57,822 nucleotides of DNA from Actinomycetota bacterium (GCA_044870295.1 JBIOYQ010000142.1:1-57822); one strand, 5' to 3'. Shown: positions 39,226-47,824, counted from the stretch's first letter. The notes: generated from the letters alone by a model not told the origin. Program-made: numbers and translations.

Positions 39226-39754
39226 ACGCGGCCACCAGCTCCGGCAGCTGGTAGTGCGCGTTGAGCCCGCTGGGGTTGGGCAGGAGCCAGACGCGCGATC
39301 CTTCCCAAGCGTCGGGTTGTGGTCCCGGCACGGCGGCCGGGCGACCGAACCCCGTTCGGTACGCGCTCAGGCCGAGGAACGCCACGATTTCCGGATGGAA
39401 GCGACGGATCTTCCGGGCGAGCCGGCGCGCGCCCGCCATGAGCTCGTCGGCTTCCAGCTCGGCCGCTGTGCCCGTGGCTCGCCCGACCAGATTGGTGATC
39501 CCCACGCCGGCGTCCAGCAGTTCTCGCTCATCGAAGGGCGACAGCACGCGCTCGGTGAACCCGGCGCCGTGCAGAGTCCTCCAGAAGCGGTTGCCCGGGC
39601 GGGCGAAGTGATGGCCGACCGCGCCCGAGTAGAGCCCGGGGTTGATCCCACAGAACAGCACGGCGAGGCCGGGCGCGATGACGTCCGGGACCTTTCGGCC
39701 GTAGGCGGCAGCGACCTGGTCGCGTGTGGGCCGCCACGGGGCCTCCGGGCTCAC
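39182..39754 (-). CDS. mug: G/U mismatch-specific DNA glycosylase (Mug/TDG family)
   Basis: APGLAVLFCGINPGLYSGAVGHHFARPGNRFW and VWLLPNPSGLN closely match the Mug signature. The GTG start overlaps the upstream stop (GTGA). The 3' end overlaps the convergent kinase gene by 44 nt. Confidence 0.88.
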   Translation of the reverse strand: MSPEAPWRPTRDQVAAAYGRKVPDVIAPGLAVLFCGINPGLYSGAVGHHFARPGNRFWRTLHGAGFTERVLSPFDERELLDAGVGITNLVGRATGTAAELEADELMAGARRLARKIRRFHPEIVAFLGLSAYRTGFGRPAAVPGPQPDAWEGSRVWLLPNPSGLNAHYQLPELVAAFRELRGTAGIPPAH

Positions 39755-40650
39755 CGGCCGAGGTAGGTCGCCAGACCTACGCGCAGCGGCGTGAGCCGCA
39801 ACCCTTCGAAGGCTTCGAGCAGCGGACCGGTGTCGGCCACAGCCGACGCCATCGCGAAGTCGACGGCCTCGGGCGACAGCGGCGGGTTCGGCAGGACCTG
39901 CGCGACGAACCCCGCGAGCTTCGGCAGGAACGGCGGGAAGTGGACCAGCGGCTTGCGACGGCCCTTGACCTCCATCATCACGGACAGGATCTGGTTCATC
40001 TGGAGCACGTCCGGCCCGCCGATCTCGAACGTGCCCGTCGGCCCGCCCGGCAGCGCCGCGCGCGCCAGGACCTGGGCCACGTCATCCACGAACACCGGCT
40101 GCAGCGGCTGGCGACCGTTCCCGATGACGGGCACGAAGGGGAGCCACCGATGGAACGCCACGAACTTGTTGAGGGCAGGGTCCTCGGGCCCGTACACCCA
40201 TGAGGGCCGGACGATGATGTGCTGCATACCGGTCGCCCGGACGGCTTCTTCCCCGAACCACTTCGCCCGGAATCGCCGCGGGGCGTCTGCCGCGACGCCG
40301 ACGCCCGAACAGAACACGAACCTCGATACGCCGGCGTTCGCCGCGGCCTTCGCCAGCCGTTCGGTGCCGAGATGATCGAACTCCTCGAAGGTGAACCGCC
40401 GTCGCGGCTTCTCGGCGGGGAAGGTCGGGAACGTCAGCGCCTGCACCACGGCGTCGGCTCCTCGTACTGCCAACCCCAGCGATCCCGCATCGAGAACGTC
40501 ACCCCGGACCACACGGGCCCCCAGGCCCTCGATGCGGCGGGACGAACGATGGGGGTGAGCGGTCATGACCGCCACGTCCTGCCCGTCCCGCACGAGCCGG
40601 CGCACCACGGCCGCCCCGATGAAGCCGCTGCCCCCCGCGACCAGGATCAT
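39751..40650 (-). CDS. NAD(P)-binding Rossmann protein (NDUFA9/NmrA/epimerase-like)
   Basis: MILVAGGSGFIGAAVVRRLVRDGQDV. Start is ATG 40650 (or TTG 40662, which overlaps the ftsY stop). Confidence 0.75.
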   Translation of the reverse strand: MILVAGGSGFIGAAVVRRLVRDGQDVAVMTAHPHRSSRRIEGLGARVVRGDVLDAGSLGLAVRGADAVVQALTFPTFPAEKPRRRFTFEEFDHLGTERLAKAAANAGVSRFVFCSGVGVAADAPRRFRAKWFGEEAVRATGMQHIIVRPSWVYGPEDPALNKFVAFHRWLPFVPVIGNGRQPLQPVFVDDVAQVLARAALPGGPTGTFEIGGPDVLQMNQILSVMMEVKGRRKPLVHFPPFLPKLAGFVAQVLPNPPLSPEAVDFAMASAVADTGPLLEAFEGLRLTPLRVGLATYLGR

Positions 40651-40654
40651 CCGG

Positions 40655-41686
40655 TCAGGCAACGAGCCCGCGGGCGAACCGCTCGGGATCGAAGGGAACG
40701 AGGTCCTCGGCCTTCTCTCCGGTCCCGACCAGTTTCACGGGCACGCCCAACTCCTCGCGGACGGCCAGCACGATGCCGCCCCGGGCCGTGCCGTCCATCT
40801 TGGTCAGCACGACGCCGGTGATCCCCACCACGTCGGTGAACGCGCGTGCCTGGGCGATCCCGTTCTGACCGGTGGTGGCGTCCAGCACCAGGAGGACCTC
40901 GTCCACGCCGCCGGCGGCCTTCTCCAGGACGCGCCGCACCTTCGCCAGCTCTTCCATCAGAGGCTGGCGCGTGTGCAGCCGGCCCGCCGTGTCGACGATG
41001 AGCACGTCGCTGCCCCTGGCCTTGGCCGCCTGAACCGCGTCGAAGGCCACGGCGCCGGGATCCGCGCCCCGCTCCTGGGCGACCAGATGGGCGTTCGCCC
41101 GCTGCGCCCACGTCTCGAGCTGTTCGCCGGCGGCCGCCCGGAACGTGTCGCTCGCCGCCAGGCTCACCGACCGCCCATCGCGGGCCAGGACGTAGGCGAG
41201 CTTGCCGATGGTCGTGGTCTTGCCCGTCCCGTTGACCCCGACCACCATGACGATGCCCGGCGATCCCTGGGGGGCGTGCCATCGGTCGTCGCCGTCGAAC
41301 GCCGCCGCCACCTCGCGCGCCAGCACCTCCGCGGGGTCGGCCGGCGGCCGATACGCCGCCCTGACCCGCTCGACGATGGCGGCGGCGGCCTTCGGGCCGA
41401 CGTCGGCCCGCACCAGGGTCTCCTCCAATTCCCGCCAGGTCTCTTCGGTCGCGTGCCCGCCTCGGAACAGGGACCGGACGCGATCCGCGAGCCCTGACGG
41501 CGCGCGTCCGGCGATGGCGTCGGCCCGCTCGGGGGCGCGTCGTGAGGGTGCGGCAGAGTGCGGGGGCCGCTCGCGGACCGCGGGCCCTCCGTCACCCGAG
41601 GGACGGCGGTCCCGCCGGGACAGCACGACGACCCCGGCGATGAAGCCGAGGACGATCAGGACGACGATGGCGAAGACGATCTCGAT
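40655..41686 (-). CDS. ftsY: signal recognition particle receptor FtsY, with N-terminal TM anchor if initiated at ATC 41686
   Basis: NG domain: VVGVNGTGKTTTIGKLA, DTAGRLH, TKMDGTARGG. Upstream in frame with no stop: IEIVFAIVVLIVLGFIAGVVVLSRRDRR, preceded by SD AAAGGGAGGAA 8 nt before ATC. The only canonical start is GTG 41626, which would drop the anchor. Confidence 0.85.
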   Translation of the reverse strand: MEIVFAIVVLIVLGFIAGVVVLSRRDRRPSGDGGPAVRERPPHSAAPSRRAPERADAIAGRAPSGLADRVRSLFRGGHATEETWRELEETLVRADVGPKAAAAIVERVRAAYRPPADPAEVLAREVAAAFDGDDRWHAPQGSPGIVMVVGVNGTGKTTTIGKLAYVLARDGRSVSLAASDTFRAAAGEQLETWAQRANAHLVAQERGADPGAVAFDAVQAAKARGSDVLIVDTAGRLHTRQPLMEELAKVRRVLEKAAGGVDEVLLVLDATTGQNGIAQARAFTDVVGITGVVLTKMDGTARGGIVLAVREELGVPVKLVGTGEKAEDLVPFDPERFARGLVA

Positions 41687-41738
41687 CGGCGATTCCTCCC
41701 TTTGGTTGAGGTTCGACCGGCGACGGTCGGGCTCGCCG

Positions 41739-44700
41739 TTAGCGAACCGCCGCCTCGGCCAAGCGCTGAGAGATTACCGTGGAGGCGCCATCGCGACCGA
41801 GCGTGACACCGTACAGGGCGTCGCCCGTCTCCATGGTCCGCTTCTGATGAGTGACGACCAGGATCTGCGAGTCCCGAGCCAGGTCGCGAACCACCTCGAG
41901 GAAGCGATGGAGGTTCACGTCGTCCAAGGCGGCTTCCACCTCGTCCATCAGGTAGAACGGACTCGGCCGAGCCTTGAAGATGGCGAACAGGAAGGCCAGC
42001 GCGGCCAGTGAGCGCTCGCCGCCGGACAGCAATGACAGCCGCTTGACCCTTCCCCGCCCGGGACGGGCCTCGACCTCGATGCCCGCGTTGAGGAGATCGT
42101 GGGGGTCGGACAGGGAGAGCCGACCCTCGCCTCCCGGGAACATCATCACGAACAGCCCCGCGAATTCACGGGCCACGTCGTCGAAGGCGCTCTGGAACTG
42201 CTCGGCCATCCGGCGGTCGATGTCCAGGATGAGCTGCAGGAGATCCCGTCGGGCTGCCTTGACGTCGTCGAGCTCGCGAACGAGGAAGTCGTGACGCTGC
42301 TGGATCGACTCCAGCTCTCCGCCGGCGAGCAGGTTCACCCTCCCGAGCAGCGTGAGTCGTCGCGCCACCAGGTCGGCGCGACGAGCCAGATCCTGGTGAG
42401 AGTCCTCCGGACCGAGCCGCGCGATCGCCTCATCGGGCTCGATGCCATGTCCCTCCCTCAGCACTCGTTCGGCTTCGGAGATCCGGCGCTGAAGGTCGTG
42501 GCGCAGCCGGTCCTCGTCCTGGTGCTCCTCACGGTCCCGCTCCGCGGCCGCCGCCAGGTCCCGCCATGCCTGCACCGCCGCGGCATGGTCGGCTTGGACC
42601 CGACGGCTCCGCTCAGTGGCCTTCCGGTAGTCGGCGTGGGCGTTCGTGAGGACGACCTCGGCCTCGCCGAGTTCCCGCTCCGCGGTCGCCCGGTCACGCT
42701 CGGCATCGGACACGACCTGGCGCAGGGCGATGGGATCTTCCGCGCCGACGTCGCCGAGTTCCCGGCGAGCTCGTTCCACACCAGCCTCCAGACGCGACCG
42801 CTCGCGGCGCAGAGCTTCGACCTCCACGCGGAGGTGCACGGGGGGCTCGGCACGCGGCGGCAGCGGGATCCGCTCGGCCACATCGCGCGACCTGGTGGAC
42901 AGCCCGTCCCCGATCGACCCGATGGCGGTCTCGACCGTGGCGTGCCGCTCCCCGACCAGCTCCCCCTCGCGGTTCAGCGCGGCCAGCTCGGCCGAGACGT
43001 TTGCCATGGCATCGGCCGCTGCTGTGATGGAGCGGTCGGTCTCCTCCAGGCTCGCCGCGACGACCTCTGCCCGCCCTGCCACCTCCACCATCTGGCGACG
43101 GCCCTCGCGGAGCCCTCGGCGCACCCTGGCCAGCTCGCGCTCGAGCGCCGCGCTGCTCCGCCGGACGTCCTCCAACCGCACGTCCTGCCCTGGCGCGGTC
43201 CGCACGAACGTGGGACCGATCAGCGCCCCCTCTCGCGTGACGAACTGCGCGTACGGGTGAACCCGATGCTTCGCTTCCGCCTCGGCGAGCCCGGCGGTCA
43301 GGTACACCTCGCCGAGCAGAACGCCGGCGAGCCGGCGAGCCCTGGGGTCGGCTGTCACCAGGCGGAACAAGCTGGTCTCGCCGTGCAGCGACGGGAGGGT
43401 CGCCTCGGGACCGCTCTCCACGGCCAGCGTGACGCCGCCGGACGGTTCGGCCACCGCGTCGGCCATGGCCTGTTCGAGATCCTCATAGACCACGGCGTCG
43501 GCGAACGCTCCGAGGGCCGCTCGAACCGCATCAGTCAGGTCGGCAGGAGCGTCGATGAGGTCGCGAAGCACGCCGATCGGCCGTCCGCCCCGCCGGCGCA
43601 CGAACGCCGCGCCCGGCGACTCGGCCAGCTCCGACCTGCGTGCATCGACCACCTCCTGGCGGGCCAGGAGTCCCTGCTCTTCTGCCTCGAGCTCTGCCAG
43701 CTCGCGCCCAAGGGTGATCCGCTGGCGCTCCAGGGCGGCTTGTTCGTGAGCGAGCGGCGTCTCCAGCCCATCGAGCCGTTCGATCTCGGCTTGCAGGTCT
43801 GCCGTTCGAGCCTCGGCCGCGGCGGTTCGCCCCCGAAGCTCGGCCAGCGCGGTGGTCAGCCGGGATCGCTCGGCCTCGTGGCCCTCGAGCGCACGCCGGA
43901 GGGCCTCAGCCTCCGCCTGCCGGGCGAGGTCCTGTTCGTCAACGCGCCGTCGTTCGTCTTCCGCATCCCCCCTGGCCTGCTCGGCAACCCGGAAGTCGCG
44001 CTCGGCCGCCTCGAGTTCGCCCTCACGCTCCCCGAGCGTACGCCGTACCTCTGACAGCGCAGCCTCGGTACGGGCCAGCTCCTCTTCCAACGCGAACAGA
44101 CGGCCGGAGCGATTCGACGCCGTCGCCAGCCGCTCACGCGCTTGCGCCTCCAGTCGGATGGCGGAGCGCAACCGATCCTCGGTGCCGGACTTACGAACCA
44201 TGGCCGCGGAGTGGGCCTGCTCGGCTGCCTGGAGCCCGGAGTCGGCTTCACCACGCTCCGCCTCCAGCTTCGCGATGTCGGCATCGATCGACGCCAGTGT
44301 CGCCTGCGCCTCGGACCTCCGCGCTTCGAACGCTACCCACGCCGGGCGGCGTTCCTCCTCGGCGTGCCGAAGCTCTTGCAGTCTGGCCGCCGCCAACTTC
44401 ACGGCGAGATCGGCCGCCTCCTGCGTCAAGGCCTCGTGCCGGCCCGCCAGCTCGGCCTGTTGCTTCAGGGGGCGCAGCTGCCGACGCAGCTCCGCAGCAA
44501 GGTCCTGGAGCCGCAGCAGGTCCTGCTCCAACCCGGCGAGCTTGCGCTCCGCTCGTTCGCGCCGCCGCCGGTGCTTCGCGATCCCGGCCGCTTCCTCCAC
44601 GAACGCCCGGCGCTCCTCCGGCCGCGCCGAGAGGATGGCGTCGAGCTGTCCCTGTCCGATGAGCGTGTGGAGGGACCGACCGACGCCCGTGTCGGAGAGC

Positions 44701-45080
44701 AGCTCCTGGATGTCCAGCAGCCGGCACGGGCGTCCACCCAGCCGGTATTCGCTGTCGCCCGATCGATACACGGTCCGGCTGATCTCGATCTCCGAGGCCG
44801 GCACGGGAATCAAGCCGGCGGTGTTGTCGATGACCATGCGAACCTCGGCCAGGCCGAGGGCCGGTCGGGTCGGGCTCCCCGCGAAGATCACGTCCGTCAT
44901 CTGCCCGCCGCGCAGCGCCCGAGGACCCTGCTCGCCCAGCACCCACGCGATGGCGTCGGCGATGTTCGACTTGCCGGATCCATTGGGTCCGACGATCACG
45001 CTGATGCCTGGAGTGAACTCCAGGGTGACCTTGTCGGCGAAGGACTTGAAGCCCTTCATGGTGAGCGCGCGCAGGAACAT
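41739..45080 (-). CDS. smc: chromosome segregation protein SMC
   Basis: MFLRALTMKGFKSFADKVTLEFTPGISVIVGPNGSGKSNI (Walker A), long coiled coils, a hinge, and C-terminal LSGGERSLAALAFLFAIF...PFYLMDEVEAALD. Confidence 0.97.
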   Translation of the reverse strand: MFLRALTMKGFKSFADKVTLEFTPGISVIVGPNGSGKSNIADAIAWVLGEQGPRALRGGQMTDVIFAGSPTRPALGLAEVRMVIDNTAGLIPVPASEIEISRTVYRSGDSEYRLGGRPCRLLDIQELLSDTGVGRSLHTLIGQGQLDAILSARPEERRAFVEEAAGIAKHRRRRERAERKLAGLEQDLLRLQDLAAELRRQLRPLKQQAELAGRHEALTQEAADLAVKLAAARLQELRHAEEERRPAWVAFEARRSEAQATLASIDADIAKLEAERGEADSGLQAAEQAHSAAMVRKSGTEDRLRSAIRLEAQARERLATASNRSGRLFALEEELARTEAALSEVRRTLGEREGELEAAERDFRVAEQARGDAEDERRRVDEQDLARQAEAEALRRALEGHEAERSRLTTALAELRGRTAAAEARTADLQAEIERLDGLETPLAHEQAALERQRITLGRELAELEAEEQGLLARQEVVDARRSELAESPGAAFVRRRGGRPIGVLRDLIDAPADLTDAVRAALGAFADAVVYEDLEQAMADAVAEPSGGVTLAVESGPEATLPSLHGETSLFRLVTADPRARRLAGVLLGEVYLTAGLAEAEAKHRVHPYAQFVTREGALIGPTFVRTAPGQDVRLEDVRRSSAALERELARVRRGLREGRRQMVEVAGRAEVVAASLEETDRSITAAADAMANVSAELAALNREGELVGERHATVETAIGSIGDGLSTRSRDVAERIPLPPRAEPPVHLRVEVEALRRERSRLEAGVERARRELGDVGAEDPIALRQVVSDAERDRATAERELGEAEVVLTNAHADYRKATERSRRVQADHAAAVQAWRDLAAAAERDREEHQDEDRLRHDLQRRISEAERVLREGHGIEPDEAIARLGPEDSHQDLARRADLVARRLTLLGRVNLLAGGELESIQQRHDFLVRELDDVKAARRDLLQLILDIDRRMAEQFQSAFDDVAREFAGLFVMMFPGGEGRLSLSDPHDLLNAGIEVEARPGRGRVKRLSLLSGGERSLAALAFLFAIFKARPSPFYLMDEVEAALDDVNLHRFLEVVRDLARDSQILVVTHQKRTMETGDALYGVTLGRDGASTVISQRLAEAAVR

Positions 45081-45151
45081 GGGGCTTCGATGCTAACAAC
45101 GCCCTTCCGCCGAGTCGCGGAAGCGAGGCAAGAAAATTTCAGCCGTGTGAT

Positions 45152-45427
45152 TCAGTGGGTGATGCGGAATTCCGTGTCGCCGCGCGGGGCTTCCTCGGTC
45201 ACCTCCACGTCCTCGACGACCGCGAGCGGCGGCCCCTGGCGGCACCATTCGACCAGGGTGTCCACACTGGCCGGATCGCCCTCGAACACCGCCTCGACCC
45301 GCCCGTCGGTCGTGTTGCGTACGAACCCACCCAGCCCGAGTTCGCGGGCCCTCCGCGCCGCCTCCGCCCGGAAGAACACTCCCTGCACCTGCCCCGAGAC
45401 GGAGACCCGCGACCGTTTCCTCGTCAT
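45152..45427 (-). CDS. acyP: acylphosphatase
   Basis: V.V.GQVQGVFFR......A.ELGL.G.VRN..DGRVE.VFEG. ATG at 45427. Confidence 0.88.
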   Translation of the reverse strand: MTRKRSRVSVSGQVQGVFFRAEAARRARELGLGGFVRNTTDGRVEAVFEGDPASVDTLVEWCRQGPPLAVVEDVEVTEEAPRGDTEFRITH

Positions 45428-45560
45428 GGATCCCAAAGATACGGGTCGCGGCGGCACCTACCGTTTCTGAACCGAACGCTGTTGCCGGCTTGAACTCTCC
45501 TTGGATGACGGCCCGTTAGCTTCGTGGAGCCAACGGAAACCCTCCAGGAAGGAGCGGGGA

Positions 45561-45953
45561 ATGAGAAGGATCGTAAGGATCACGATGGTGGGCATGATGC
45601 TCGCCGGGTTGATGGGCTTGGCGGGGGCGGCTCGCGCCAGCGACGACCGAGAGGTCATCAAGCGGGGCGACTGCTCGCAGGCGAGTGACTGGAAGCTTCG
45701 CATCCGGACCGACGGCGCCGACCGTCTGGACCTGGAATTCGAGGCCGGTGAGGTCGCCAACCAGACGTGGCAGGTTCGGATGACCTACAACGGCGCCACC
45801 GTGTTCAACGGCACCGCGCGCAGCGGCGCCGACGGTGAGTTCGACGTGGACCGCGAGGTGGCCAACAAGGCCGGGCTCGACACGCTTCGCGGGTCGGCCA
45901 GGAACACCGTGACCGGCGAGACCTGCCAGGGATCGGTGACCGCGGACTTCTGA
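45561..45953 (+). CDS. hypothetical small secreted protein (two Cys, about 105 aa mature)
   Basis: ATG 45561 follows SD GGAAGGAG. Signal peptide MRRIVRITMVGMMLAGLMGLAGAARA. Locally lower GC. Followed by a strong hairpin. No family recognised with certainty. Confidence 0.65.
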   Translation: MRRIVRITMVGMMLAGLMGLAGAARASDDREVIKRGDCSQASDWKLRIRTDGADRLDLEFEAGEVANQTWQVRMTYNGATVFNGTARSGADGEFDVDREVANKAGLDTLRGSARNTVTGETCQGSVTADF

Positions 45954-45976
45954 GCCGCGCAGATCACGCGCATCAA

Positions 45977-46008
45977 AGAGAGGGCTTCCCCAGCGGGAGG
46001 CCCTCTCT
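45977..46008. terminator. bidirectional intrinsic terminator between convergent genes (AGAGAGGGCUUCCC-CAGC-GGGAGGCCCUCUCU)
   Basis: 14-bp stem (one G:U pair) with a 4-nt loop. T-rich run cgttcttctc lies on the plus side and A-rich catcaaag on the other. Sits between the 45561..45953 (+) gene and mutM (-). Confidence 0.65.
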
Positions 46009-46027
46009 CGTTCTTCTCAGGCTCGTC

Positions 46028-46870
46028 CTAGCTCTGGCACTGCGGACAGAAGTAGCTGGTGCGGCCGCCCACCTTCACCGACTCGATCGGCGTCCGGCAG
46101 CGCCGGCACGCCAGGCCCTTGCGCCCGTACACCTTGAGCTCCGCCTTGAACTCACCCGGCTTGCCGAAGATGTCGACGTAGGCCTCGTCGTCGAGGGTGG
46201 TCCCGCGGAATCGCACGGCGTCCTGCAGCACCTCGCGCATCGCACGGTAGAGCCGGCGCACCTCTTGCGACGACAGCGTGTCGCTCATGCGATCGTGGCG
46301 AAGCCCGGCCGCGAACAGCACCTCGTCCGAGTAGATGTTGCCCAGGCCGCTCACGAACTTCTGGTCCATCAGCAGCTGCTTCAGCTTGGCCCCTCGACGT
46401 GCCAGCTCGCCCGAGAACTCCTGCCACGTGAAGGTGTCCTCGAGCGGGTCGATGGCGATGTGGTCGAGCTCCTTGATCTTGCCGAGCTGGTCGGTCGCGG
46501 CCACGAACATCTCGCCGAAGGTTCGCGGGTCGACGTAGCGCATGTCCCCGCCCTGCTGGAACTCCAGCACGACGTGCGTGTGCTGGGGCAAGGACTGGCG
46601 CTTCGTCCCCCGGAGGAACTGGCCGGACATCCCGAAGTGGACGACCAGGACGTCGCCGTCCTCGAGCTGCAGGAGGAGGTACTTGCCCTTGCGGTCGACC
46701 TTGGTGATCTTCTTACCAGCGAGCCGGTCAGAGAACTCCTTCCGCCTGGCGTGCCGGCGGATGACGCGCATGGCGTTGCGATGGGGGCGCACCTCGACAT
46801 CCCTGATGCGCTTGCCCACCACTTCCTTCTCGAGGTCGCGCCGCATCACCTCGACTTCCGGTAGTTCCAC
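46028..46870 (-). CDS. mutM: formamidopyrimidine-DNA glycosylase (Fpg/MutM) with atypical N-terminus M-E-L-P-E-V-E
   Basis: ELPEVEVMRRDLEKEVVGKRI, H2TH region, and C-terminal zinc finger CRRCRTPIESVKVGGRTSYFCPQCQ. GTG at 46870 has SD GGAAGGGA and lies 25 nt after the rnc stop. The longer track ORF would overlap rnc by 62 nt. Confidence 0.88.
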   Translation of the reverse strand: MELPEVEVMRRDLEKEVVGKRIRDVEVRPHRNAMRVIRRHARRKEFSDRLAGKKITKVDRKGKYLLLQLEDGDVLVVHFGMSGQFLRGTKRQSLPQHTHVVLEFQQGGDMRYVDPRTFGEMFVAATDQLGKIKELDHIAIDPLEDTFTWQEFSGELARRGAKLKQLLMDQKFVSGLGNIYSDEVLFAAGLRHDRMSDTLSSQEVRRLYRAMREVLQDAVRFRGTTLDDEAYVDIFGKPGEFKAELKVYGRKGLACRRCRTPIESVKVGGRTSYFCPQCQS

Positions 46871-46895
46871 GGTCCCTTCCGCCTCGGTCGCCGTC

Positions 46896-47603
46896 TCAGT
46901 GCTCCTTCGCCAGCTCGGCGTCCTCTCCAAGCTGGTCGAACGCCTGGCGAGCCGCACGCTGCTCCGCTTCCTTCTTCGACCTGCCCACGCCGCGGCCGAG
47001 CTCGCGACCGCCGATGAAGACCGTCGCCGTGAACTCCTTCTCGTGGTCGGGTCCTCGCTCCGCCACCCGGTATTCGGGGAGCCGCCCGAGATCCTGGGCC
47101 GCCAGCTCCTGCAGGATGGTCTTGTAGTCGCGATCGCCCTCCCCGCGGACGTAGGCCCCGACCCGGGGCCAGAACAATCGCTCGATCAACGTGGCCGCCT
47201 GCTTCATCCCGAGGTCCAGGTACACCGCGCCGAGGACGGCCTCCAAGGCATCCGCCAGGATGCTCGCCTTGCCACGGCCTCCGGACTGCTCCTCTCCCTT
47301 CCCCAACAGCAGCGCTTCGCCCAGGCCGAGCTCTCGTGCCACCTCGGCCAACGTCGTCATGTTCACCATGGCCGCTCGGAGCTTGGCGAGCTCGCCCTCC
47401 GAACGGTCGGGGAACGCCCGATAGACCAGGTCGGTCACGACCAACCCCAGCACCGCGTCGCCCAGGAACTCCAGGCGTTCGTTGGTGACAGGGAGGCCCC
47501 GTTCGAACGCGAACGATCGGTGGGTCAGGGCCGACTCACGAAGATCGGAGGCCTTGAACCTGATCCCGAGGGCCTTCTCCAGTGGCGTCTGCTTCCGAGG
47601 CAC
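46896..47603 (-). CDS. rnc: ribonuclease III
   Basis: ALTHRSF, NERLEFLGDAVLGLVV (signature), DALEAVLGAVYLD, and a dsRBD (DYKTILQE......P.Y......GPDHEKEF...V...G...G.G.GRSKKEAEQ.AA). GTG at 47603 follows AAAGGG. The 531-aa track ORF runs upstream through rpmF and yceD in another frame. Confidence 0.93.
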   Translation of the reverse strand: MPRKQTPLEKALGIRFKASDLRESALTHRSFAFERGLPVTNERLEFLGDAVLGLVVTDLVYRAFPDRSEGELAKLRAAMVNMTTLAEVARELGLGEALLLGKGEEQSGGRGKASILADALEAVLGAVYLDLGMKQAATLIERLFWPRVGAYVRGEGDRDYKTILQELAAQDLGRLPEYRVAERGPDHEKEFTATVFIGGRELGRGVGRSKKEAEQRAARQAFDQLGEDAELAKEH

Positions 47604-47620
47604 GCGACCCTTTCGCTCGC

Positions 47621-47797
47621 CTACTCGACCTCGAGCACGGAACGGCCGCCGTAGTAGCCACAGTTGGCGCAGACCCGGTGCGGCAGCTTCGGCTGGTGGC
47701 ATTGCGGGCACTCCGCGTACGTCGGCGGCGTGCTCTTCCACTGCGACCGCCGCGCGCTGGTCTTGGACTTGGGGGTCTTCCTCTTTGGGGTGGGCAT
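47621..47797 (-). CDS. rpmF: 50S ribosomal protein L32 (58 aa, Zn-ribbon C+ form); below the ORF-track length cutoff
   Basis: Manual translation gives MPTPKRKTPKSKTSARRSQWKSTPPTYAECPQCHQPKLPHRVCANCGYYGGRSVLEVE. SD GGAAGGAG lies upstream. Position between yceD and rnc fits. Confidence 0.9.
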   Translation of the reverse strand: MPTPKRKTPKSKTSARRSQWKSTPPTYAECPQCHQPKLPHRVCANCGYYGGRSVLEVE

Positions 47798-47824
47798 GTG
47801 GGTGGGTCTCCTTCCGCAGGGTGG

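Noticed and set aside
45104-45123. 7-bp hairpin CTTCCGC-CGAGTC-GCGGAAG between acyP and the smc start.
   Set aside because: The stem is short, no U-tract follows on the minus strand, and it lies about 24 nt upstream of the smc ATG. It could be incidental, and the evidence is insufficient for a terminator or regulatory call.
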